Below are positions 1 through 14,721 of a stretch of DNA of 64,000 nucleotides, piece after piece. The stretch is from contig JBBPEB010000013.1 of NCBI GenBank assembly GCA_039096225.1, positions 1,364,001 to 1,428,000 on the forward strand. Direction: 5' to 3'. The notes under the pieces were generated by a model. It was not told where the DNA came from. It searched no databases and worked only from the letters and a program-made list of their open reading frames with translations. Numbering within the stretch: position 1 is the stretch's first letter; the number at the start of each line of letters is the position of its first letter. Origin of the DNA: Blastocystis sp. Blastoise (taxonomy: Eukaryota; Protista; Bigyra: Opalinata). A program made the position numbers and the translations under genes.

Positions 1-46
<46 letters not shown>
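1..46. repeat. (TA)n microsatellite in a TIM50 intron
   Basis: Pure TA run. Confidence 0.95.
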
Positions 47-50
<4 letters not shown>

Positions 51-1698
51 TGTTTATGGTATTAATTAGAATCATTATATACATTGCAATAAGATTCTAA
101 TTCATCTTCATTCAAATCTTTCATGGGTTCCGTTAATTGTACGTTAAAGATCCATTTGCCGTTAGCTTGATCATAGACCATCATCGGTAATAAGCCAATA
201 ATATCTGGAGAATTAATATAATAAGCACCATAACGAAGAACATCTATATATATATATATTATTAGAATAAGTATTATAATATATAGTATTATAGATTATA
301 GAGATAATAATATATATTATATATATATTATATATACCTAAAGGAAGAGAAGTAGAGATTCTTTCGTCTTCTTTTTCTTGTTTGAAATTCGTTTGCTCAA
401 ATTGAGGAGCAAAACGCTTAGCACGTGCTTTCTCTTTTTCTAACTGACGTTCCTTAACTAATTCTTTAAATCCTTCATTATAATTCTTAGATCCTCCAAT
501 CTTCTTGATATATTCACGGGTATCTTCAACATCTTGCTCCACAATATCTATATATATATATAATATAAATAATAATAATATAAATAATAATAATAAGAAT
601 AAGAATAAGAATAATAACTATATATATATATATATACCTTGTAATATAGGTATAATATCTAAGAGAGAAGTATCTTTCTTGGGATTCACTTTCTCAATCT
701 CAGGAATAACTAACATATTTTCATTATTAACAAAATGGTTTTCATCAATATCAATAATAATAATATTTTTAGGATCTCTATTAATAGTATTAATATCACG
801 CACTTTCTTTCCTTCAACGCTCTTCCATCCATCTTCATATAAAGACATATAAGGTAATTGTAAAGGATCTACCTTATGGATTAAATCGTCTGAAATCATC
901 TTACTTTCATCACAAGCAAATACAATTTCATAGTCAGCAGCAGCTAATAATAAGAATTGATCGAAATTAGCACGTTTATAAGAACGTAATCCGGAATTCG
1001 GATTAAAAACTTCACCTGTAACACCGTGTTGTAAACGAATAATAAGAGTACGAGGAGCCTTCTGATTATCAGGCACATAAGGATCCTATACATATATATA
1101 TATTATATATATATATATATAGGAAGAAGAAGTAATAATATTTTTATTTTTATAATTCATTATAACTATTAATACTTATTATTATATAACAATACTAATA
1201 TTATTTATAATAATACATAGTACATTAAACATAATAAATAAACAATAACTATAGCATATATTAATATAATAAATATTATTATAAATAAAAATAATTCTTT
1301 ATATACAGGAAGTCTATTATCATTTTGTTCAAGAACATTTTGTTTTAATTTATACATAATAGGATCCATTAATTCATGATATGTACCAGCTACAGTTTGT
1401 TTGTAGTTTTCAACAGTTATAGATTTGAATTTCTTTTGAGTTTCATAAGCTTCATAACCAGCAATAGCAGCGACAGTTCCTATAACTCCACTAGTGATTA
1501 ATAAGGGAGTACGATTAGAAACAGTCTTGCTAATTGTAGGAAGAGGCTTGGTACGTGCCGCTTTAACTATATTTTCCTTAGGAAGGACAAACTTTTCACT
1601 AGAACTAGAAAAGGATCTTTCCATTTCTTTCATTATTTTTGAACCAGCTGCTCTCATAGCCTAACGACGTAAGTCAACTATAACGAAGAACATACCAT
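1..1698 (-). CDS. TIM50: Mitochondrial/MRO import translocase subunit Tim50 (NIF/FCP1-like domain); multi-exon, 3' end runs off the window
   Basis: ATG at 1698-1696, 35-nt GT-AG intron 1661-1695, basic/Ser-rich presequence-like N-terminus, single TM (LLITSGVIGTVAAIAGY), then LP|DPY..PRTLII..KRANFDQFL..YEIVF..KVDP..RDINTINRDPKNIIIID..DTSLLDIIPILQ..VEDTREYI, matching the Tim50 NIF domain. Confidence 0.85.
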
Positions 1699-1941
1699 TT
1701 TTATCTACCTTTTGCTTATTACAATAGAGTATGTTGGATTTCTTTTTTGTGTATGGAGAAGAAAAGAAAGAGAACCTCGTTATTATTTTTGTTTTTCCCG
1801 TTGAAAGTCCTTTTGAGTATTCACATGGTTTCACATTGAAAATGACTGAGAAAACTCAAATTTTCGTGGGAATGTTTTTTGCTTGATCATTTTTTTAAAG
1901 TGCTTTAATTCTAAATTCTATCCTTCTAAAACAATAAAAAC

Positions 1942-2632
1942 ATGTCAGATGAAGCACTAAATGTATTGTCTGTAGCTGCATATGGAGAATATGAAACACT
2001 AAGGGATATGTTGACAAATGATAAAGATCTTGTAGACTATAAGGATTCGTTTGGAATTTCTCCTTTGATAGAAGCATCAAGAAATGGACAGTTGAATGTA
2101 TCTACAAGTGGTTCTATATGTCATACATAATTATCTTAGGCAGTAGAAGTGCTGTTATCATTCCATTGTGATGTTAATCAGACAGATTTATCAGGTAAAA
2201 CAGCTTTACACTATGCTGCTGGAGGTATATTTTATTATCAAATATCTTTTTTTATATTATTCTATTTATTATCATTCTATTTAGGTGGTTATTTGCCCAT
2301 TGTAAAACTACTTGTTGAAAACAATTGTTTAGTAAATCAACAAGTATATTATGTTTGTTTATATTTATATTTATTATTATTATTATTATTATAAGGATAT
2401 CGATGGAAAAACAGCTCTCCACTGGGCGAGTTATAATGATGAAGATGGTATATATACTATATATATAGTTTATTTATTATATGAATACATCGTGATTTCT
2501 ATAGAAATAGAAAAATATCTGATAGGTCACAAAGCAAATGGGAATATTTTAGATAATAATGGATTACCGGCATTAAAATGGATGATTCCTTTTATGAAAA
2601 ATAAACAAAAACTCTTTAATCAAACAGAATGA
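1942..2632 (+). CDS. Small ankyrin-repeat protein, 5 exons
   Basis: Spliced product has GISPLIEASRNG, GKTALHYAAGGG, GKTALHWASYND ankyrin motifs; four canonical GT-AG introns; TGA at 2630-2632. Confidence 0.9.
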
Positions 2633-3496
2633 TTCTTTGGTATTTATTAATGTATATATATATATATTTTGTTTATATATATATTTTATAGATATATGTT
2701 TAATATCTTTTAGATGTCCAGTGTTATGTTTTATGATTTTTTTTATCTATTTATAAACTCTACGAGCACGTAAAGACAATTCTTATTTTGATCTCATTAT
2801 TTTTTTCTGTATATACATAATAATTTCAAAACACTTTTTTTTTCATTAATTCTTTATTATATACAAAAACTAAAGTTAAATTAAGATATATATTGACTAT
2901 TTTTATTATACTAGACTTCTATTTTCTTATTTACGAGTATTCTAAATATAAATGAAAATATTCATACTATTAAAAACGTACGTATCCATATTCTCGATTC
3001 ATAAATGAATTATTATTACTAGATATCCATGAAATCAAGATAACTATATATTTTAAAAAGGTGTTTTCAAATATTACAGAAACAATCCTCTCAAAATACG
3101 TTAATAGCTATATAATCAGTATATAACTTTATATCCTATAACGAATCACAGATATCTTCTAGTTAAAGAGCAAAGCATAATGATAATCATGCTATTTTAC
3201 AAAAACCCGAAAAAAAAAGAAAAATGAAAAATAAAATATCCTATAGCCAATCAAATTGTTTCGAATAAATAATTGTCAAATGACTACGACTTTTTTCTTG
3301 TATGGTGTTGAACATCAACTCAATTTTTTGTTTGTAGCAAAGACTCTTCTTTTTTACAAGCTCGCTTTTTTCTTTGTTTCTTTTTTTTTTCTAGAAAAAA
3401 CAAAATTAATCTTCGATTAATTAAAAGAAACCTTTATTATTATCAACTGCAAATTCTAAATAAACTCGTCGATTTTACACTTTATCAATTTCAAAA

Positions 3497-5111
3497 ATGT
3501 CTTCTAATAACAAATGTTGTAGTGCCTGGCATTGGATTAAGCCTATTATAGCTGGTCAAATTGTTTCCTGGTTAATTACTGGAACAAGTATCTTTAGTGA
3601 AAAAATTTCAGGATATGGAATCAATCTTGCTATGTTTCAAAATGTTTGGATGTATTTCCTTCTCATGTTCTTCTATTTTATCAAAGTCTGTCAATCTGGA
3701 TGGAAACTTAAAGTATATTGTGTTATTTATGGTTATTTTGTATTGTGTTTATTGTGTTTATTCTATTTATTATATTTATATTATTTATTATATTTATTAT
3801 ATTTATTATATTTATTATATTTATTATATTTATTATAGTTATTATCATTATTATATTTATTATATTATTATATTTATAATTATTATAAAATCTGCTTGGT
3901 GGAAATATACTATTATTGCTTTATTGGATGTTGAAGCTAACTTTGTCGTTGTCAAAGCTTATCAATATATATCCTTCTATAAATATTTATATATATATTT
4001 ATGTTTATATTTTTTTAACTATTCTTCTTTTAAAATGTATTCTTTAATTCAGTATATGCATCAATCCTTAGTATTATGTTAATGGATTCTATTACTATTC
4101 CCGTCTGTATGCTCTTTGCTTTCATCTTATTTAAAGCTAAGGTATTTATACATAGATTATTATTATAGTATTTATATTCATACTATATATATATATAGTT
4201 CCGTTGGAATCACTTCGTAGGTGTTATTTTGTGTATAGTTGGTCTTGCTATCTTTATTACTATTGATATTCAAAAGGCTACTGACTCTTCTACTCCTGTT
4301 GTCAATGCTACAGAATATATATTAACTTCTCTCTATCAAAATGCAACTGAAGCACCCACTATTGCTCCTCAAGATGATTCTACTCTTCATATTATTGGAG
4401 ATTGTCTCGCTATGTTAGGAGCAGTCTTATATGCTATTTCAAACCTCTTCCAAGAATATCTAGTCAAATCCTATGATATGTTTGAATTCTTATCTATGAT
4501 GGGTGTAAATGGTACTATAATTGGATGCATTCATTTCCTCTGTACAGAACTCCCTGAAATCATGAGTACTCAATGGACTGTTGATATTATTCTCTGTTTT
4601 GTTGCTTATGCCATCCTCCTTATGTTCATGTATCTCTGTACTGCTTTATATATATATTATATATATATATAATATCATGAACTCAAACTCCTATTTTACT
4701 TCTTCATTCATCATTCTTTACGTTATTACTTATTTCTTATATATCTTCTATATATATATATATAGTATTTCATGAGTATTGCTGATGCTACTTCCTTTAA
4801 CTTGAATTTATTAACTTCTGATGTATATGCTGCGTTCTTATCTTACTTCATCTTTGGTATTATTCCTGGATATGTCTATTATATATCTCTTGTACTCACT
4901 ATTGTTGGTCTTATTCTCTACTATATTCAAGGATATAAATCAGTATTCAAACCCAATGGAGAAGAAGAACCAAAGAAAATTGAAAGTATATATGATTTAT
5001 TATATATTTATATATATTATTTATTAGTCTATTTTTATCACTTTGATTCATCTGTTTTATATTCTATATACTTTTTTTTCTATAGAAAGTGTAAAATCGA
5101 CTCCTGTTTAG
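3497..5111 (+). CDS. SLC35F1/F2-family DMT-superfamily membrane transporter, 6 exons
   Basis: GQIVSWLITGT, LLDVEANFVVVKAYQY, GDCLAMLGAVLYAISNLFQEYLV, ATSFNLNLLTSDVYA are hallmark SLC35F motifs; stop TAG 5109-5111; three of five introns non-canonical (see findings). Confidence 0.9.
3969..4057 (+). other. U12-type (minor spliceosome) intron with AT-AT ends
   Basis: Donor ATATCCTT, branch TTCTTTAAT at 4040-4048; removal restores AYQY|ASILSIMLMDSITIP collinear with the SLC35F consensus. Confidence 0.75.
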
Positions 5112-5321
5112 AATTGAATGTTGATAATAACTTTTTATTGATTTTACTTTTATAGTAATTCTTCATATGGTTTTGTTATATCTGTTTAAATATACTTTTT
5201 TTGTGTATGCAATTATTATTATTTTTAAATTTGTAAAGAAATAGTTAATGAATAAAACAAGGCATAAAATAGTCTATAATTATAAAAACACAAATAAGAT
5301 AGAAACACACATGAAAAATAA

Positions 5322-6444
<1,123 letters not shown>

Positions 6445-6936
6445 TATCAATCCTTTATAAAAAAATAAAACAAAAGTTGAATTGATCAAGCAAAACTATT
6501 TCTTAAAACCTCAAATAAACAGCTCGAATATTTATGGTTATTCTCTTTATTTAGAAATTTTTTAGAGTATTTATATCTATCTGAATATGCATATTGTTTA
6601 TTAGTGACTACATTATTAGATATCATCATTCCATAAAGAGCAATAATTACTTATCTAATAACTCTTTAAAATCAGATTCTAAAATTTTGTGATCATTTTC
6701 TGTAGTATTTTAGTTTTTATATACTCTCACGACACGCATGCGACATTCCTGTATTGAACAAATTTAAGCATTTTCCGAAATATAAAGAAAACAAAAGTCA
6801 TAATAAAATGTGTTAACTTTCAATATGTAGACTCAAAACCGACAACATATTTGACTTAGAAAACAAAAGATAATATGTATATATAGCAACTAACGTAATT
6901 TAAAGAATATACATAAAATAATAGATATATCATAGA

Positions 6937-6995
<59 letters not shown>

Positions 6996-6996
<1 letters not shown>

Positions 6997-7500
6997 TATT
7001 CGTGTTTAGCTTCCATGAGAGGTACTTTATTATCTTGTTCTTCTTGAATTTGTTTTGTATGTTCTTTACGTAAGCTAGAATGTCTGTTAATAGAGAATTC
7101 AGAAGTAGCTCTTGCTTTATTAACAAGATATTGAGTTCTCTTATAATGTGTATCTGTATCAACTACAGGTGAATTTGTAGGACGAGACTTCGTCACAAAA
7201 TAAGTAAGTGTGAAAATTAATGTAAGTACCAAATAAACAATACTAGCAATCAAAGTTCCATTAGCAGCTAATTCTTGATCTTCTACACCAGGAACACGTT
7301 GATACTTTAACATTAAATAGAGCCAAAACTATAAGAAAAAAGAAATGAGTATTGTTTTGAATAGTTGAAAAAAAAAAGTAATATAGAGCATACTAGAAAC
7401 ACAGTTCCCATTGCACAATAAACTAGGCCAACCATATTTTCTAAAAAGCACATAGACTAAGAAACAAATTGAACAAGATACTTCCAGGAGTTTTACACAT
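6996..7500 (-). CDS. Small two-TM protein resembling RNase kappa / V-ATPase subunit f, with C-terminal extension
   Basis: Spliced MCKTPGKNMVGLVYCAMGTVFLFWLYLMLKYQ..ELAANGTLIASIVYLVLTLIF; two GT-AG introns; TM spacing and A.N..IA..Y pattern resemble RNASEK. Confidence 0.5.
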
Positions 7501-8643
7501 TTTGTTGATATGCTTCTTTATTAGCTAAGTTTACTAAAATTTATACAAAAACCTTCTTGTATATACTTTAAATGAATATTGAATTGTTTTGTTAAGCAAA
7601 ATAGAGAAAAACGAATTTCAAGAATATTCATTGTATTTCACTAAATAATTGGAGAGAACCGTGGTTATAAAAAGAGTCGTTTTCTATTGAAAGATTTTCT
7701 GGTTTTTGAAATAATTCATCTTAATCACTACTATTTTGGATATGTATATAGGAATTAGAATGCTAAACGTATGTCTATGTTTTAAATATGTATTAAAGAA
7801 CTCACATACGACAAAATTAAATCACGGAGATCATTTTTTTCATAATAATGTATTCTGAAAAACGTATTGTAATGTACATAATCAAACTAATTTAAACATG
7901 TAGAGAATTTGATTATGTTAATAAATGTTTTATAATAACACAACTTATTTCGTTTTATTTTTCAATCTTAAAATGTTATTGGACCTTTTCATATCATATA
8001 TATCTGATTTATATAATTCAGATATTTCAAAATAGTGATAATAAAGAGATCACTCATAGGAAAGAAAAATAAAAAACCGGGCATTGTTAAATAATATTTG
8101 AGACTGATAAATTACATTTTATATATTCTCTGTCAAAAGATAGCTTTGATTAAATTTGTGATACAGATACAACGAATTTATTTTTTTGTTTTTTATAGAA
8201 TTCAAGTTCTCACCATTTATGTGTATCATAAAATAAACTTTATCCATCAAAAATACGCATAAATCTTTGTTTAATAGGCTGAAAAAAGAAACAAAGTCTA
8301 AGACTGCAATTTTATAAACGGACCTTTCTTCATTCATGGACCATTATTAATTATCCAATGAATTGCTAAGTTGCGGTTATTCTGTATGGAAAGAAGTGTT
8401 TCTGGAACAATCTTAATTAAAAAGACAAATAAGATGAAAGATTTCATTTAACCAAGGGAAAATAATGGATTATAGCTAATTTCATCCGTATTAGTCGGTT
8501 TACGTGGAAAACCATCAAACCATTAATTCATTCAAAAGACATGTCAGATTTTTTATTATTGAAGTTATCTCTAAACTTTTTGTAAGACAATTATCTCACC
8601 ACAGTATGTTGTATAAGTTCTATATTTGTCTTATTTTCAATAG

Positions 8644-8898
8644 ATGGGTAAGGGTTCTAACGTACAAAAGAAAAATGCTGCTCGTGAAAAGCACTTAAAG
8701 GAAAGCCAAAGAGCTCAAGGTGGCGGTGGTGCTGCTGGTAGAGCTCTCAGAGAAGGTGGTAATGCTCAGAAGATTATTTGCCAAATCTGCCGTACTTCTT
8801 TCATTTCCACTCAAAACCGTTCCCAATTTGAAATTCACAGAGAATCAAAACACCCTAAAGCTACTTTCGAAGAGTGCTTCCCTGATAAAACTGATTAA
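8644..8898 (+). CDS. ZNF706/4F5-like small C2H2 zinc-finger protein
   Basis: MGKGSNVQKKNAAREK..CQICRTSF..HRESKHPKATFEECFP; probable 40-nt 5'UTR intron 8604-8643 ending directly before the ATG. Confidence 0.85.
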   Translation: MGKGSNVQKKNAAREKHLKESQRAQGGGGAAGRALREGGNAQKIICQICRTSFISTQNRSQFEIHRESKHPKATFEECFPDKTD

Positions 8899-9465
8899 AT
8901 TTGCTCGTTTAATATGTGTGTGTGTAATGTGTGAATATCTTTTTTGTGTTTGGTTTTTCTCATTTTATAATGTCAATAACGTAAAAATATTGTAATTTTC
9001 CTTTTGTTATGATATAAGTGAAGCAATATCTTTTGAATAATCAGCTATAAGTGAACAACTGTGAATTGATGTTTCTATCTACAATATAATATTCCTAAAT
9101 TGGCTTTATTAATACTTCAGAATACTTATCTAAATATAAATGATGATATCTGATTACGACTAAAGTGAATAGTTACCAATTAGTTTTCAATTAATATGTT
9201 TTCTTTTTCTCCATAATAGTAGTCATTTTACATGAATTGTTATTTGTACTCATTGAAATGACTTGAATTTTTATTATTATTATAGTATTTGATATAGTAT
9301 TAATCAAGGATATTCTAAATATATATAAAAGAGAAACCCTACGATAATTTTGATAAATAAAAGGAATAAATCGAAAATAATCGTGATTTTAGAAAATGGT
9401 TTCTAATACTCCTTTCAATTATCCAAAACTATTTTTAATTCCAAGTCAGTCCCATTCTATTTACA

Positions 9466-9935
9466 ATGAGCCACGAAGAAATTATAATTTTAGATTTCGG
9501 TTCTCAATACAGTCACATCATTGCTAGACGTATTCGTGAATTCAACATTTATTGTGAATTACACTCTTGTCTTGTTGATGTCTCTGTTTTTGAAAGCAAA
9601 CCTCTTCTTAAGGGTGTTATTTTCTCTGGAGGTCCTATGAGTGTTTATGAAGAAGGTGCTCCTCATGTTTCTGAAGCTGTTTGGAATTACATTCTTGAAA
9701 AGAAGCTTCCTCTTTTAGGTATTTGCTACGGTCTTCAAGTATGTATTCATGTTTAATATCAAACATTGTTATATATTATATTTGCTTCTATTTGATTTAT
9801 TATATATTTCTTTCCTTTTTTCTATAGGAAATAGCTTATCATTTTGGTGGTGAAGTTGCTCCTTGTGATAGAAGAGAATATGGTAAGGCTATGGTTCGTA
9901 AACTTGAATTAGAAGGTATGCAAAGATTATTATTA

Positions 9936-10031
<96 letters not shown>

Positions 10032-11762
10032 CAATATATAATATATAGGTGAACAACAAACTATTGCTAATAAATTATTTGCTGATTTACCTGAAGAATT
10101 CCAAGTCTGGATGTCTCATGGTGATAAATTATCTAAGGTTCCTGAAGGTTTCTTTGATATTGGTGCTACTATTTCTGCTGAACATGCTGCTATCGCTTGT
10201 CCTAATCATACCATGTATATATATATAATATGTTTGTTTTGTAATCTATATATTTTTAATTCAATATTGATGTGATTTTTTTTATTTTTATTTTATTGAT
10301 TAGTCTATTTATTCTTGTATTATTTTTTTTTTAATGATTTTATTATTTTTATTATTCTTTTTTATTATGATTCCATTAATAAGTTATTATATATATAATA
10401 ATAATCTTATAATACACTCCTTCTAGTTATGGTATTCAATTCCACCCTGAAGTTACTCACACTCCTCTTGGTAAAGTTCTTTTAGGTAACTTTGCTAAGT
10501 CTATTGTTAATTGTAAGGCTGATTGGTGTATGGGATCTTTCGTTGAAGAAACTATTAAGAAGATTCGTGAAACTGTTGGTGAAGAATCTCATGTCATTGG
10601 TGCTGTTAGTGGAGGTGTCGATAGTACTGTTGCTGCTGTCTTATTAAATAAAGCTATTGGTAGTCGTTTTCATGCTATTCTTGTTGATAATGGTGTTCTC
10701 AGACTTAATGAAGCCAAAGAAGTATAATTATATATAAGTATTCTTTATTATACTTTTTATTATTTTATTATAAATTATATTATTTATTTAATATATATAT
10801 ATAGGTTGTTGATAGATATCATGCTAATAATATAGATATTCAATGTGTTGATGCTTCTGAATTATTCCTTGGTTTATTAAAAGGTGTGGAAGAACCTGAA
10901 AAGAAGAGAAAAATCATTGGTAATACTTTTATTGATGTATTTGAAAAAGAAGCTGATAAGATTAAACAGAAGTATGGTAAAGTAGAATATCTTCTTCAAG
11001 GTACTTTATATCCTGATGTAATTGAATCTACTTCTTTCAAAGGACCTTCTGCTACTATTAAGTCTCATCATAATGTTGGTGGTCTTAAGGAAAATATGAA
11101 ACTTAAACTTATTGAACCTCTTCGAGAATTATTCAAGGATGAAGTATATATATATTTATATATATATTTTTATTATTATTATTATTTTTATTTATTTATT
11201 TTTTTTTTTTTTTTTTTTTTTAAATTAATTTTTGTTACATATATATATATTAGGTTCGTGCTGTAGGTACTGAATTAGGTCTTCCTCACAATCTTGTTTG
11301 GCGTCATCCTTTCCCTGGTCCTGGTTTATCTATTCGTATTTTAGGAGAAGTTACTAAAGAGAAATGTGATATCTTACGTCAAGCTGATCATATCTTAATT
11401 GAAGAATTACAAAAATCAGGTGAATATGATAAGATTAGTCAAGCTCTTGTTGTTTTAACTCCTATTAAAACTGTAGGTGTCATGGGTGATGGCAGAACTT
11501 ATGAAAGAGTATTTATATTATTATATTTATTATTATTTGTTTATTATTAATATTATTATTATTATTATATTTATTATATTTATTATAAGTTGCTGCTATT
11601 CGTTGTGTTACTTCAACTGATTTCATGACTGCTGATTGGTATAGATTCCCTTATGATTTATTAGCTCATATTTCTAACAGAATCATTAATGAAGTTAGAG
11701 GTATCAATAGAGTCTGTTATGATATTTCATCCAAACCTCCGAGCACCATTGAATGGGAATAA
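9466..11762 (+). CDS. GMPS: GMP synthase (glutamine-hydrolysing), 7 exons
   Basis: [77 protein letters not shown]. Confidence 0.98.
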
Positions 11763-12022
11763 ATAATATTCCTCTTCCTTTTATTATATTTTATACCAAT
11801 TCTTATTAGTTTTCTGTCTAACGAATTATTCTAGTTTTGTTTCACATACATATTACACATATAATAGTCGTTTTAATATCATTTTCAATTCTTAAAAAAA
11901 TTTAAAAAAAAAATCACACTGCATATAATAAGTGGTATATTCTTATTAAAAAAAATACATTTCTGAAATAAAACACAAAACTTGAAAAACAGGCGTTTTG
12001 ATTATAAGACTTATTAGATTGT

Positions 12023-12571
12023 TTACCAGTCATCATCATCATCACCACCGAAGAGACCACCAGCACCACCTAAGTCTTCTTCTTCTTCTTCTTCTTCCTT
12101 CTTTTCTTCTTCTTCCTTCTTTTCTTCACCAGCTATATAAATATAAAATATGAATAAGAATATAACAAGTAAAAAAAAAAGTATAATGAAAAAATGTATA
12201 ACAAAAAAAAGGCACAATGAAATAAAGAATTATGAAAAAATAAACTTACCAGCAGCAGCAGCGGCACCAGTAGCAGCTACGGGAGTAGCAGAGGCAGAGG
12301 GGTGGAGAAGTAATTCGTCAATATCCTTAGCACCAAGATATTTGGCGAAGAGCATAGGCCAGTAGGGTTCAACGGTAACGTTAGCAGCATCTAAAAGCTA
12401 TATTTGAAATAAATTAGTCAATTGCATGTTGTTATGAAAAAATAAAGTTGATAATTGTCACAAAATGGGTAATTATATATTTACAGCTTGAATCTTTTCA
12501 GCAGAAACGTTGACACCACCGTCGTGGAGGATAAGAGTAGCATAAGTACAAGCGAGTTCACTGTTGGACAT
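12023..12571 (-). CDS. RPLP1: 60S acidic ribosomal protein P1, 3 exons
   Basis: MSNSELACTYATLILHD..VEPYWPMLFAK..Ala-rich hinge..EEEEEEEDLGGAGGLFGGDDDDDW*. Confidence 0.95.
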
Positions 12572-12957
12572 CGTGTATAATCAAAAGCCAGAAAACAATT
12601 GTAATATTTAATAAACCAAGAAAACTTGAGTTTTCTAAAGAAAAATAAGGCCCTTAATTCACATATTAATTTGGTGCATCATCAGTTTATTTTTTTCTTT
12701 CAGGATCATTTTTCAATAAAACTATATAGGTCATTCTGGCTCCTTTCATTAGACACAAAAAACGAAAATAATCAAAAAACTAATTAGGAAAAACTCAACA
12801 TTTTTACTGCCAAAAATACTGAATAACCAAGAAATTATCGCATCCAAAATGGGGACACAAAAAAAATGGAAAGAAATTGTTTTGCTTGATATATAGTGAA
12901 AGACTCATCTATATTGTGTATTATCAATAAAATATATATAAGAAAACTATATACAAG

Positions 12958-14677
12958 ATGGTAACGTTAACGAAAGATCAAATTAAAAAATTTGTTGATG
13001 TATATTTCCATATACTTAATATTATTTATTTTATTTCTCTATCTTAGGACTCTTCATTTGAAATGTATGAAGGAGAGGTTAAAAAATATCCCACTTCTTT
13101 CCGTCATTGGTGGAGATACATCAAAGCAGCAGGTACTCAAGACCCATCTTTTCTGTACACTGTTTATGAAAGAGCTCTTGTTTATTTACCTGGTAGTTAT
13201 AAATTATGGCATAATTACTTGTTAGAGAGAGTTTCTCATGTATTTCTTATCCATTTTTATTGTTATCTTATTTTATTTTAGGTTAAAGATTACTGTATAA
13301 CTGATCCTGTATATAATGAAGTCAATATAATATTTGAAAATAGTCTTACATTCATGAATAAATATCCTACTATATGGAAAGAATACTGTGAATTTTTAAT
13401 GCTTCAGAAAAAAATAACGAAAACACGTCGAACTTTTGACAGAGCATTACAAGTATATATATATATTATTTATTATTATTTATATAATATAGTGTTTATT
13501 ATTATTTTTATAATATAGTGTTTATTATTATTTATATAATATATTATTTATTATTATTTATATAATATATTATTTATTGTTATTTATATAATATAGTGTT
13601 TATTATTATTTCCATAATATATTATTTATTGCTATTTTTATAATATAGTGTTTATTATTATTTCCATAATATATTATTTATTGCTATTTTATTTCTATAT
13701 TATTCTTTATACATATTATTTTTTTAATCTTATTATTATTCTAGACTACTATTATATATTCAACAAAAAAAAATAAAACTTTAACTATTACTAATACATA
13801 TCTATATAGGCATTACCTATTACTCAACATTCTAAATTATGGCCGGCGTATCTTAAATTTGCCCGCGAATGTGATGTCTGGGAAACTACTATGAGAATAT
13901 ATAAACGATATATATTATTAGAACCCTCCTTCAGAGAAGAATATGTTGAGTATTCATATGTTTATTATATTTATTATTATATATTTATTATAGTATATAT
14001 TATTATTATTATTATATATGTTTATTATAGACTATATTAATATATTATTATATATGTTTATTATATATTTCATCATCTTCTTCTTCATCATCTTCCTCTC
14101 TTATCATATATATATATATAGTTATTTATTGTCTATCGAGCAATATGATGAAGCTGCTGTGCAGATGTCCATATGTTGTAATGACCCCTCCTTTGTCTCC
14201 AGTAAACAAACAACCACTTATGGTCTCTGGCTGAATCTGGCTGAATTACTTACTAAGCATCCTAAAGATATTAAAAGCGTCAAAATTGAACCCATTCTTC
14301 GAAACGGACTGAAACGATTTCAGGAAGATACAGGCAAATTATGGTGTTATTTAGCTACTTATTTTATTAAAATTGGTAACTTTGAAAGAGCTAGAGACAT
14401 GTATGTTTAATTAAGATTATATTTATTATGTTATTTATTCTTTTTTTATCATTTATTTATATTATTATTATAGGAAATATTTTTATTCTTTTTTTTTCTT
14501 CTATATATATATTATTTTATGTATATTCAATATATATATTACTCTATATAATATAGATATGAGGAGGGAATAAAGAGTGTTATGTCTGTTCATGATTTCT
14601 GCCTCATTTTCGATAGTTACAGAAAATTTGAAATGCAATACTTAGAAACAGTTATTAATAATGTATATATATATATC

Positions 14678-14721
<44 letters not shown>

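Noticed and set aside
9334-9341. Telo-box AAACCCTA upstream of GMP synthase
   Set aside because: Single occurrence, not seen upstream of RPLP1, RPA34 or NVL; compatible with chance
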